Assembly: GCF_004010195.1 (NCBI RefSeq)
Contig: NC_057751.1
Location: 11,741,901-11,805,900, forward strand
Reading direction: 5' to 3'
DNA length: 64,000 nucleotides
Origin: Chiloscyllium plagiosum
Taxonomy: Eukaryota
Both the position numbers and the translations under genes were made by a program. Numbering within the stretch: the stretch's first letter is position 1; every line of letters begins with the position of its first letter. The notes under the pieces were generated by a model, which saw only the letters and a program-made list of their open reading frames with translations, was not told the DNA's origin and did no database searches. Of this stretch, positions 12,871 to 23,884 are shown piece by piece.

Positions 12871-14393
12871 ATGTGCAAACTCTACACAGAGAGTCGCCCA
12901 AGGGTGTAATCGAACATGGGTCCCTGATGCTGGAAGGCAGCAGTGCTAACCACTGAGCCATTGTGCTTCTATACAATCATTTACCAATTCAAATTCTGAA
13001 TCAAAACATTTACAGACATTTTATTTTTCTTAATTGAGAATTATGCAAGCTGCATGTGTCAATGTAACTGTCCTCCAATTCAAAGACACAAATGTCTGAA
13101 AATACCATTCACCAAAAGTTGTTACTTCTAATTACACTGTAGGGTACTCTCAGGCTCAGCATAGAGTTTCTTTTTACCATAAGGTGAATGTAGGGATTTG
13201 GCATTAAAAAGTGGGGACATAAATACACAAACTAGAGTGGAGTGAAAAAAGAGGTACCTTTTTTTGTGGTGACGGATTGAGAGCTGGCTCTGATGATTGA
13301 TCAAAGAGCTGATCCGTAGAGGAGTACACACATAGACTTATGGTGGTCTGCATTTTGATTTTCTATAGCCTGGAGCAAAAATGTATTGGATTTTCAAATC
13401 CACTCCCCAGGAGTTGTTCACAGGTGGTGGTGGTCAGGGTGGGGTGGGGTGGAAGAGTTCAGCTTAGTTTTTAAACTTGACCACTGTCTGGTGACCCATC
13501 CCTAAAAGAACCCCACACATAGACATGAGGTGAATTACATTACAATACTACCCAGGATAAGCAGCTATGACTTTCGCTGCAAGTTTACTCTGAATACACA
13601 CTTAGCTAAGGTGACACCATTGCATCAATTGACAACCTTAGACAAGGAAGGGCAAATGGTTGAAGAAAATGGGAATGACTGTACTTCTGTGAACTGTAGA
13701 ACCTTAAAGTATAGAAGGAGGTTATTTTGTTGAGTCTGCATGTCCACTTCCCTCTTAACCTCACTTTGTTTTCCCTCACGGCTCAACACAGTAATCCTAT
13801 TCAAGTATGTTTCCAATTGCCTTTTCGCAAGCTCCTGTGAATTTGCTTCAGAGGTTCTGTTTAAGTTCTGAACACCTCTGTTCCTCAGTGTGAAGAAATT
13901 TCTCCTCATTTTCTCTAAGCATGTTATGTTTCTCTGTGAATTCACTCTTGACAAATTCCTGTGGGGAGCTCATGATTTCTGCATCTTTTCTACATAGAAC
14001 CTATATTTCTTTCTATGTTTACTGGGGCTTTCTGTTGCTGTGGGCAGAGAGCTGGTGATAAACCATAAATCCTTGTGAACATCTGCATTTTGATCGTGGA
14101 ACATCTGGGATCTGTAGCTTTGAGCTTTTCCGTTCCCATCAGTTTGTCTGAACAAATATTTTCAAGGAGGAGCACAAGGTGGGGGAGGTGTGCTCAAACC
14201 CAAACAGTCACAAACTACCACTTCTCAACTTGCTGATTTCAGCCAAAATTAAATGCCTCAATGTGTGAAAATGCCATTTAAGACTGGGGATAGTGAAGAT
14301 TACATCAATGGGATTCCCCAACGATTGGCCAATTAGGACATTTACAGTTCACTTAACTCAATTTACTGTTCAATTGGATACTTGCAATTCAAG

Positions 14394-14662
14394 TCATAGA
14401 GTCATAGAGATGTACAGCATGGAAACAGCCCCTTCGATCCAGGTCAACCAGACATCCTAAATAAATCTAGTCCCACTTGCCAACATTTGGCCCATTTCCC
14501 TTTAAACCCTTCCTATTCATATACCCGTCCAGATGCCTTTTAAACGTTGTAATTGTATCAACCTCCACCTCTTCCTCAGACAGCTCATTCCATACACACA
14601 CCCCCCTCTGTGTAAAAAAAAGTTGCCCCTTAGGTCCTTTTAGGTCCCCTCTCACTTTATGT
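14394..14662 (-). mobile_element. CR1 LINE 3' end
   Basis: FFTQRGVCVWNELSEEEVE...FKRHLDGYM. Tail repeat (AGTCATAG)n. Confidence 0.85.
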
Positions 14663-17148
14663 TCATAAACTATTTCAATTCTGCAGTAAGTACTTCCTGC
14701 AAAACGCATTGCTGATCAATGAGCAACTCCCACTTGGGGAACACTGCATTTGCCACCCCTTTGTTATAGGAATGGCCACAGTACTAATTCATGCAGTCTC
14801 TGCAGTTGTACCAATGAAATGGTTGTTGCAGAACATTGTGATTCCATTTTTCTCTTTAGATTTGAGAAATCAGGGATTGTTTTGACTTGGCAATGGTGTT
14901 AAAACAGAATTGGCAAATTGACAGCCTGCATTACTTCTCTATCCCTCATTGAAGTATTTGAAATGAAAATAGGGACAATAGGATAATAAACAATCAACTC
15001 ACCAAGACCAATTTCATTTGAGAGTCAAGTCAAAATTCACCCACCCTCCTTTAAAAAAGGGTGAAGGCAAACTCAATCCACCATCACTGATTTATCCAAG
15101 TTTAAACAATCAAAAATAAGATAAGATACATTTTTCTCTATTTTAATACCCAAACATTAAAATAGAGATGCACCTACGTGCCCAGCTGAGATCTTAACAT
15201 CTTAACATGCTTTCTATGAGTAGATCTGATAGATTTGATTTGACTGTCAGGACTCGAAATCACAACCTCAGGAATGTAAAGCAAGTTATAAAGGGTAGTG
15301 GCGCTCCCTATCTATCCTGACCAGGAAGAAAGAATGAAATCTGAACATGCAAATGCAGGAATTTATGCAGGGTGAGAGAATGTGCAGACTGCTGACACTT
15401 TGCTCCTTCATGTCTAGGCCGCTGAACGTTTCTTTCATTTCTCACTTGACCAGGTGTTGCTTGGTGTCAGTGATTCTGAGCCAGATTATCTGCTTACAGA
15501 TAAATCTACACAAGCTGAAAGACTTGTGGTTATTAATTCTCCCTTCATTCTTCGGGTATGACCCAAGAACTACAGGAAAGTAGCTAATTTGAGTGTGCCT
15601 GCTTTCTGGGCAGGTCAGGGTAACAGCCAGTTACTTTTATCAAAGTTTTACGATGAATGGAAAAGAAAATATGATTTCAAGAATAAAACTACATCTCTCA
15701 AATTACCATTGTGCTTCATAGCTATCCTGAAGTCATGGTTACTAAAATAATGAAATGGCAAGTTGGCCACGTATATCTTCACTTGTTATGAACATCAAAT
15801 TCAGAGCATGCTGACTTTCAGTGTTGTGATTTTAGCAAGTCATGCATATTTAATTTCTGTTGTGTTCAACAGACAAAAGACCAAACGGAGCAATACCTGT
15901 TTTTACTTCATAACTTAAAGCTGAGAAGCCTTCCAGCTTTTAGATTTTACAAGTCATTTAGGTCAGTAAACATGACATCTGATTCAAAAAATCCCAGTGG
16001 TTTCTTGGTTCCAGTTGGACAGGAATAAATGGTTCGAAGGTCTCAGCAACGTGAGTGGAAATGTGCAAACCCATTAACTCGCTGGTTCACTATTGAAGGG
16101 ACTTTACTGCTTTTCCAGTAGCTGTGCCATTTCTGCCATAACTCATCTTTAACAACTTAGGCTGTGGCTATGAGTAAGTTGTCTTCTGAGAATGCCACAA
16201 GTCCAACAAAACCAGTATGTCTCTGCAAGATTATGATAGCACCAATATTGTATTTGTGCATCATTCTATTCACAAACTAAACATTGGTTGCTCAGGCCCA
16301 ATGAAAGATGTAATATATCAATTGGACTGCAACTCATTGAAATTCATTGCTCCCTGGACCCAATCCTATGTGCAAGAACTATGCACAGCAAAAGTACAGA
16401 CTTGAAAGGACAGGCAGACAGCGCGTGCCTCAGACCTGCTCAAGGACAGTCTGGCCATGATGCTTGGTCAATAACTCTTGATAATTTAGCCAAAGCAAGT
16501 AATGCAGATGGACTTTTAGGGGCAATGAATAAAGCTCATGAAAGTGGTATTTCTAAAAGAATATGGTTAATATCATGAAATGTGTTCAATACTGTCCCTC
16601 AAAACATTGCAAAGGTGACCATTTTGGAATCAAGTTACCAGGTGTGTGATCATGCACGTGGTCTGGTAAGCAATTATTGTTACGACAGAAAATCTTCAAT
16701 TTACCTTTTGCCAAACAAAAAAAAAGGATTTTTGCATGCAAGTTAAGGTTGCCTTCATGAGGCCAAAAAATAAAGCATTCAAACTGATTTATCCCATTTT
16801 TTGGGATGTACTACACTGTGAATTTAAAACGGATATACTGAAAGGTGAAGATCAGTGAGCATTGTTTTAAACCCATTTCTTTTATGATACATTGTTTTGG
16901 TGAATTCTGTGGTTATCCTCCCATTCCCAGCCTGATTCTGTATCTAGCTTTAGTTGGTTAACATCACCACAACAATGTTTTCTGGATCTCTGTCCGTGAC
17001 TCCATGTTTGCATAGATCTATATTAATTATTTCAGTTCTTCTCTGATTGTTGTTCAATGTATCATTTCAGAAACATTTTAAAAATTGGAGAAAAAGTGTG
17101 ACTGTAACCATTTGTACACGTTTATTTGATGTTTTGTGCTCAGACACC

Positions 17149-17154
17149 AATAAA
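17149..17154 (+). promoter_or_regulatory. Candidate distal polyadenylation signal of PLEKHA2
   Basis: AATAAA preceded by TGTA motifs and U/GU-rich sequence, followed by CA and T-rich bases. More proximal AATAAA at ~11511 and ~11598. Confidence 0.4.
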
Positions 17155-17512
17155 ACACATTCGCATTTCTTTAACTGATGGATTATCCTAATCCAATGTG
17201 GGAGGTAGGGAAGGGAAACATCTGGGTCATTGGGAAAGTTTTATTTCTTGCCAATCACTGTAATTCAGTGGTGACCGACAATAACTAATTGTTCCTGTAA
17301 TTTTGACAAATTTCATTCCGAATGAATGCAAAGGTCAGTAAACGTTTGTTGAACTTTTGTTGCATTAAACTACTTCAAAATCTTATTTTTTGGAGGAATG
17401 ATCTGAAATACTTGCAATGATTGATCTTTCAAAATCGTCTTTGCAATGAAGCGTGTGTTTGCACGTTTGTGTGTGAGTTGTGATTCAGACATCCACCACT
17501 TATTTCATTTTC

Positions 17513-18056
17513 AACCGAAAGTAAGCTAAGGGAACGTTTCACCGAGCATCTCAGCCGAGCCCGCAGGGGCCAACCTGACCTCCCAGTCACTGCCCATTTT
17601 AATTCAGCTTCCCACTGCCTTTTGGACAAGACCATTCTTTGCCTCCTCCATTGTCACAACTAATCAAACCAAAATTGGGGGAACAACTTCTCATTTTCCG
17701 CTTGGGCAGCCTATAGCCAGGAGGACTCCACATTGAGTTCTCCAATCTCAAATAATCTCCCTTCTCATCACCTGGCTCCCTTCCCAGCCCCTCCCCCTCC
17801 CTTTCATTCCTCTCATCGACCCTTCCTTCTAGCCACCAACCAGATTCATTCCTCCCATTGACCAACCAGGTCATACCCTCTACCTGTGTTCACCTATCCC
17901 CAGCTTACCACCCTGTTCCCCCACACCCTCTTTATCTGCAGCTCCCCTTACACCCAGTAAGGGGAGTAATCCCAGTCTGGAAGAAGGATTACACCCAAAA
18001 TGTTGACTTCTCCATCTCCTGATGCTTGCTGTTCTTCCAGCCTCCTGCCTGTCTAT
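17513..18056 (+). mobile_element. Penelope-like element, 5'-truncated: GIY-YIG endonuclease remnant plus terminal repeat
   Basis: Translates TESKLRERFTEHLSRARRGQPDLPVTAHFNS and KLGEQLLIFRLGSL*PGGLHIEFS. Followed by a pyrimidine-rich UTR and a degenerate hammerhead at ~17984-18008. Confidence 0.85.
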
Positions 18057-18099
18057 TCTTTGAAGAGGATTTGACCAAACAACACAGTGGCAGATGTGA

Positions 18100-18470
18100 T
18101 GGAGAAAAGGAAAATGTGCATATATATAGCTTATTTCACAACCTCAGGATCTTCCCCAGCTTTTCACAAAGTGGTTTTGAAGCGTAGGCACTATGGTAAT
18201 AAGGAAATGCATCAGTTACCACAAACAACAATGTGGTAATGATCAAAGACACAATTTTTATTTTGGTTTGTTGTGGAATAACTATTTTGCAAGATTTGGA
18301 AGGAATATCCTTTGCATTCCTTTGAAAGAGTGCCATGGAATCTGTGGGGTGAGAGGAAGCCTTGATAAAACATCACCTCCAAAAGACAACACAGCTCTGT
18401 GCAAGCCTCTGGGCTAACATATGAACCCTCAGCCTTCAGAGGTCAAAGTGATACTTGCTCAGCTGTGGCT
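18100..18470 (-). mobile_element. Deu-domain SINE (SacSINE1/AmnSINE1-like), old copy
   Basis: Reverse-complement similarity to the copies at 32590-33290 and to 59630-60010. Confidence 0.5.
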
Positions 18471-18629
18471 GGCTCGTGATGATTTCAAAACAGTAATCCA
18501 GAACCAGTGGGATTCAACTAAATTCCATGTCACCATTCCCAGGCTGAACAATTGGGTTTGCTGAGGACCACTTGTCACTGGAAGAGTGATGCTGCCTTCA
18601 TTGCCACAAAACAATCACCATTTTTACCA

Positions 18630-18822
18630 AGATGTGGACTGGGGTGAACAAATTAAAACTCACCTAATACCAGGTTCCAGTCCAACAGGTTTATTTGGAA
18701 CTACAAGCTTTCGGCACGCTGCTGCTTTGTTAGCTAGCTACCTGACGAAGGAGCTGCACTCCGAAAGCTTGAACTTGCAAATAAACCTGTTAGACTATAG
18801 CCTGATGTTGTGTCATTTTTAT
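18630..18822. mobile_element. Short palindromic Penelope-like element (inverted terminal repeats)
   Basis: Left arm CCAGGTTCCAGTCCAACAGGTTTATTTG...AAGCTTTCGG pairs imperfectly with right arm CCGAAAGCTT...CAAATAAACCTGTTAGACTATAGCCTG. Confidence 0.8.
18739..18773 (+). ncRNA. Minimal hammerhead ribozyme motif (core intact, helix I weak)
   Basis: CTGACGA-A-GGAG-CTGCA-CTCC-GAAA-GCTT. Confidence 0.6.
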
Positions 18823-18962
18823 CAATGCAGTCTTGTTTTTAAAAAAAATTCCAATGTGCACTCACGATGAGGAGAAAGTGAGGTCTGCAGACGCTGGAGA
18901 TCAAAGCTGAAACTTTATTGCTGGAACAGCACAGCAGGTCAGGCAGCATCCAGGGAACAGGA

Positions 18963-19000
18963 CATTCGACGTTTCGGGCACATGCCCTTCTTCAGGAATG
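18963..19000 (-). ncRNA. Minimal type I hammerhead ribozyme
   Basis: Reverse complement reads CATTC-CTGAAGA-A-GGGC-ATGT-GCCC-GAAA-C-GTC-GAATG. Confidence 0.8.
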
Positions 19001-19160
19001 AGCAGAGAGTGTTCAGCAGGAGAAGATAAAAGGTAGGGAGGAGGGACTTGGAGGAGGGGCGTTGGAAATGTGATAGGTGGAAAGAGGTAAAGGTGAAGGT
19101 GATAGGTCGGAGTAGGGTGGAGGCGGAGAGGGCAAGAAGAAGACTGCAGGCCAGGAAGGC

Positions 19161-19215
19161 NNNNNNNNNNNNNNNNNNNNNNNNNNNNNNNNNNNNNNNN
19201 NNNNNNNNNNNNNNN
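19161..19215. other. Assembly gap (55 N)
   Basis: N run at the centre of the inverted repeat. Confidence 0.99.
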
Positions 19216-19396
19216 GAATCCCTCCAGCCCGGCACTGCCTTCCTGACCTGTAGTCTTCTTCTTGACCTCTCCGCCTCCATCCTACTCCGACCTATCACCC
19301 ACACGTTGACCTCTTTCCACCTATCACATTTCCCACGCCCCTCCTCCAAGTCCCTCCTCCCTACCTTTTATCTTCTCCTGCTGAACACTCTCTGCT

Positions 19397-19434
19397 CATT
19401 CCTGAAGAAGGGCATGTGCCCGAAACGTCGAATG
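19397..19434 (+). ncRNA. Minimal type I hammerhead ribozyme
   Basis: CATTC-CTGAAGA-A-GGGC-ATGT-GCCC-GAAA-C-GTC-GAATG. Helix I CATTC/GAATG, helix II GGGC/GCCC, GUC cleavage triplet at 19427-19429. Confidence 0.8.
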
Positions 19435-19807
19435 TCCTGTTCCCTGGATGCTGCCTGACCTGCTGTGCTGTTCCAGCAATAAAGTTTCAGCACTCACGAT
19501 GAGAAATGCAGAATTAACTTGTTGGCTTGCTACTCAGCAATTTACACGATCAGACAATGTCAGGATTTATTTCATTGGATTGCTCTCTGCCAAGTTACAG
19601 TGCGGGTTTGCTTTACACTAATGCTGGATAGTAAAGGGTATTCACATTTAGCAGCAAAGCTTTGCTCTCAAGGTTGGCAGTAACAGCAGTCATTGAGACA
19701 TGGTGCCATCATTCCACTGTGGGGAATAATTGCATACCTAAAATTTTTTGGAAAGCAGAATGCTTCTGAGCTTTCACGATGGGGCACATGACTAATCTTT
19801 TCAAGAA

Positions 19808-20104
19808 TAGATTACATTACAGTGTGGAAACAGGCCCTTCGGCCCAACAAGTCCACACCGCCCCGCCGAAGCGCAACCCACCCATACCCCTACATTTACC
19901 CCTTACCTAACACTACGGGCAATTTAGCATGGCCAATTCACCTGACCTGCACATCTTTGGACTGTGGGAAGAAACCGGAGCACCTGGAGGAAACCCACAC
20001 AGACACGGGGAGAATGTGCAAACTCCACACAGTCAGTCGCCTGAGGCGGGAATTGAACCCGGGTCTCTGGCGCTGTGAGGCAGCAGTGCTAACCACTGTG
20101 CCCA
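19808..20104 (-). mobile_element. HE1-like (V-SINE) tRNA-derived SINE
   Basis: Reverse strand has A-box CACAGTGGTTAGCACTG, B-box GGTTCAATTCCCG, body TGTGGAGTTTGCACATTCTCCCCGTGTCTG and a CR1-like tail. Confidence 0.9.
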
Positions 20105-23100
20105 CAACTTGCAAAGGATTGAATGCAAATATGTTGTGCAGATTTTTAGAATGCCAACTAGATAATTGTTGAAAAACATGGTCATGGAAAAATATGATGA
20201 CCATCAGTCATGAGTTGTTGAACACACTGAGAAATGTTTTTGGAAAATGCCTAAAGGCCTTCTGCCATAACTGCCCAGCCCTAATGTCTACAAATGTCTC
20301 TGCATCTACAAGCTGCAATTGAGCTGCACTTCCAGGAAAAGAACAGAGCTTTTTGAGCAGCAGTGCCCACCCCTACCCCACCACTGAACTTGAAGGTTCA
20401 ATTTTCAAATGCCACCCAACACAGGTCCACTTCCAGTTTCACACAAATTCTTGCCATTAACTAACTTCATCAATGAAACAAAAATGAGACACAAACAAAG
20501 CAAGAAAGCAAGGAAAATGTCAAATTTCACTTAACTGAGCCCAGTCCTGTAGATTTGGCACTTCAAAAAGATGTTTGGTGTTTGCATCATTCCTGTCCTG
20601 GAAAACTAACACTTTTGGCTTTTTGAGAAATTTCTTTTGAATTGCTGTCAGCATGGTGTCGCAAACTGAGTTAATTGAATACTTTCCAGCAATTCCATTT
20701 TAACCACTTCTAGAGCACAAATAGGAAATCGCTACATGAAGGTGGAGGGTAAGCAAAGTTGAAAGATCTACAAGACAAATAGCAATATAAATTTTAAATC
20801 TGAAAGGGTCTGTGGCTTTGAGGCACAAAGAATTTAATGTTTCTCTCAAACTATTTTTCCTAAAATATTTTGACTGCTAATAAAGGGTCAGACGAGGTTT
20901 TGAAAGTACCAGAGCAGCCTTGAAAAGGCTTTTGCCATGTCTTGTATTTTTCAGCATCTCATGCATGAGACACATGTTTCCCTGAATATTATGAAAGCAA
21001 CACCTTGCTTTTACATAGTGCCTTCAGCTGACTAAAATGTCCCAAGGTATTCAACAGCAGCATCAGCAAACAAGATTTGTGTCTGTGGTGTTGGGAAATG
21101 TGATTACAGGTTTGGTCATAGAGTTAAGTTTTAAGGCCCAGCTTAAAGGAGGAAAGAGAGAGAGGGTGGCGTTGAGGGAAGGAATTGAGAATTTACAGCT
21201 GAGGGCACCAATGCAAGAACAAAAGCGGTCTTTCTGCACCAGCTTTTCTGATCATGTCTGGTCTGATGGCTACATGTGCACATGCCTGAATTGCTGCTGC
21301 TAATATGGATTACAAATTCATTAGAATGGCCTATACCCATTCATCCATTCCAAAAGATCCCGAAACCTTTCAGTATTCCATTTTCCCCCTCACAACCCCC
21401 CACCCCCCGCCACTTGCCAACAAATCTTTCAACCCATGCATCCTTTGAGGTTACAGCAAGGTTTGAGATGACCTGCTCAAATCTCCACCCCAAGTGCAGC
21501 AATATTTTAAACTTGTACCCTCTGGGTTATAGAGCCCCAAAGATTGCTTCATCTGGACGTGTGTAGGGAGAAGATAGCCTTCAGAAGACCAGGCAGCATG
21601 TTGGCTACCAGTTTAGGAGGACAGGGATGAGGCATTGGGTGAGAAATATTAGTGTTTGAGTGGCATTCCCACTTGCCCCATCCCTTTGCTGCATCAACCC
21701 CCCCTTGGGCCAATCACATCACTGACATCATTCTGCTGCAAGTCACCTTTGTGGAAATTTGTAATGAGTTGGAAAGCAATGGATAAGACATCTGTCATGC
21801 TGGCTAAGGTGACAGATATTGGTATTTTAAGGCATTGCAGCTGTGCACACACTGCAAGGATTCATTTGGGAAACTTGCTTGAAGTTCAATGGTCTTAAAG
21901 TTTCTCTGGGCGGCGGGTATCTTTGTACCCTGGGCCAAAGTATACTAAACATTGGAAATAGGAGCCTTGTTTAAGTAATTTCTCCACATAAACTAACCTT
22001 TGGTGCTATAGTATCATTCAGCTAAATCTGCATTGCACTTGTTCCAATGACAACAGATTCTTTACAAGGTGCAGTGCCCAAATGTGTACTCAGTACTCCC
22101 AAGTACTCTAATCAACACTTGTGCTGCTGTGGCACACGTTCCCCCTCTCCTTCAATCAAATGTCGAGATGCAAAAGCAACATTTTGTCAGCTGTTCTGAT
22201 TGGAAATTGGAGAAAGTAAATTCTGAGATAGAGAGAGGCATATATTTGGAATTTTAAAGGAAAACTCAGTAGTAAGTGGGTTAATGGCATATGCAAACAT
22301 TCAATCACGAGAACCTGAGTTTTCCAAAGAATAAGGACACATTAATAAAATTTGAAAAAAATGAATTTATTGCACTTGGAATTGTTTGCACTTGTCATAA
22401 TTCCAAACCGTCAAAGACTGAAAGATACAGTTTCTCTTTGTTGTTGACACATGCTTTATGCCGGGAGATAAAGAACATAGAGGTTCTGACAAATGCACCC
22501 ATCTTTTTGGCAGAAGCTGAGATTTCAAAAACAGGGTGGAATGTCTGAGCAATTTGGGCTATGGCAACATTTATGACAGATGCCGAAAAGAAATCCATCA
22601 AGGTTCATCTCCACATTGGAGGCTCCACTTTTTATACCTTTGAAAACCAACATGACGAGTTTCTCACCAGGCAGTATTGCCAATTAAAGGAGATTGTCAT
22701 TTGTTAAATGCCTCATTAACGTCACAACTCATGTAATTAATAGTTAACTTTGAATCTAACCAAACACTCCAAACAAGTTAAATGCTGAGAAATTTCATGG
22801 AAATCAGTGTAAGTACCTGACAATTTCAGCTCACAGCTGCTGCAAAGGACCTCTGTATTGGACAGTGGACCCACTTAATGAGCATGAGCCGCACACATCC
22901 AATGTCCACCGGCACTGTGGTTCAACATATTCAGTCTCATAAACCCTCATGGCAAATCTCCTAACCACTTACAAGACACTGCAACACTTCGATACTGCAT
23001 CTCTAGCTGCATCGCCAACTATCATTGTAATACTACAGCAAGGAAACTGAGCAATCAGGAACACACACCCAGCTTATGGCTATACCAGGCTACCTCTCTG

Positions 23101-23884
23101 GACTTGTTGCTTGTTATCATGCACATTCAGTCTCAGCTGACCTGGATGCTCGCAGCATCCTTGCCTTGCCATTTTATGTTTTGCCCCTCAGTCAGAGCTG
23201 CCAAGTTCCTGTTACTTCTGTTTTGTCCTGCCATTTATTGCAGACATAAAGCCAGGATGTTTATCATAGTTACCACAAGCATCAGTCAAGTCTCTATTAA
23301 GGGTCACTATAGACTGTGCTCCAGCACAATAACTCAAGCGCAGTCTTCAGTACCAATCCAGGGGCTTGCACATGGCCAATCAGCCACTGGGGATGATCGG
23401 AGTAAGGATGCTGTCCACAAAAAGGGAAAGGAGCAGATCTTGGGCAGCCTACAACCTGTCTTGACTCTTTTGTTAGATGTTTTCCTCATAAATTGAGAAA
23501 AAAAGAAAATAAGGAGATGATAATGGATGGCATAGCTGTTACTGATGGTGCACGTGATTTGATGTCCTGAGTGCGTCAATACCCCGTGCAGAGGACATGC
23601 AAAATTAGTGCCATCAGGGATGGTGGAGGATGTAAAGGGTGTAAGTGAGGGAAGATGTTGAATGCAACAGTGAGAGCGGTAGAATGTGAATCTTGGTGGG
23701 GGGTATGTACAGTATAAAAGATAGAGTGAGTATGAAGAATCTGACCGAAGTTATCGCACTTAACGCTGGCGGAGTGGAGAAGGTCACTGACCTTCTTCCT
23801 ACAGAGCTAGGCATTCCTCCAGATGACTGAAAGTGCTTTAACTAGAGATATGGACCAGGTTAACTGATTTGTTCAGGCCTTAAC

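Larger units (their letters stand above)
18872..19490 (-). mobile_element. Young Penelope-like insertion with inverted pseudo-LTRs, unpaired tail and 14-bp TSD
   Basis: Arms ~18906-19160 and ~19216-19491 are near-perfect reverse complements around a 55-N gap. 34-nt unpaired extension at 18872-18905. GCACTCACGATGAG duplicated at 18858-18871 and 19490-19503. Confidence 0.9.

Noticed and set aside
18939..19458. Two mirror-image 136-aa ORFs
   Set aside because: They result from the inverted repeat and run through an N gap.
19822..20204. ORFs with VAQWLALL / HLTCTSLDCG peptides recurring across the window
   Set aside because: Translations of HE1-like SINE copies, not genes.
21600..23830. Possible Harbinger-type DNA transposon remnants; ORF 23104-23496
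   Set aside because: No transposase motif, TIR or TSD that I could verify.
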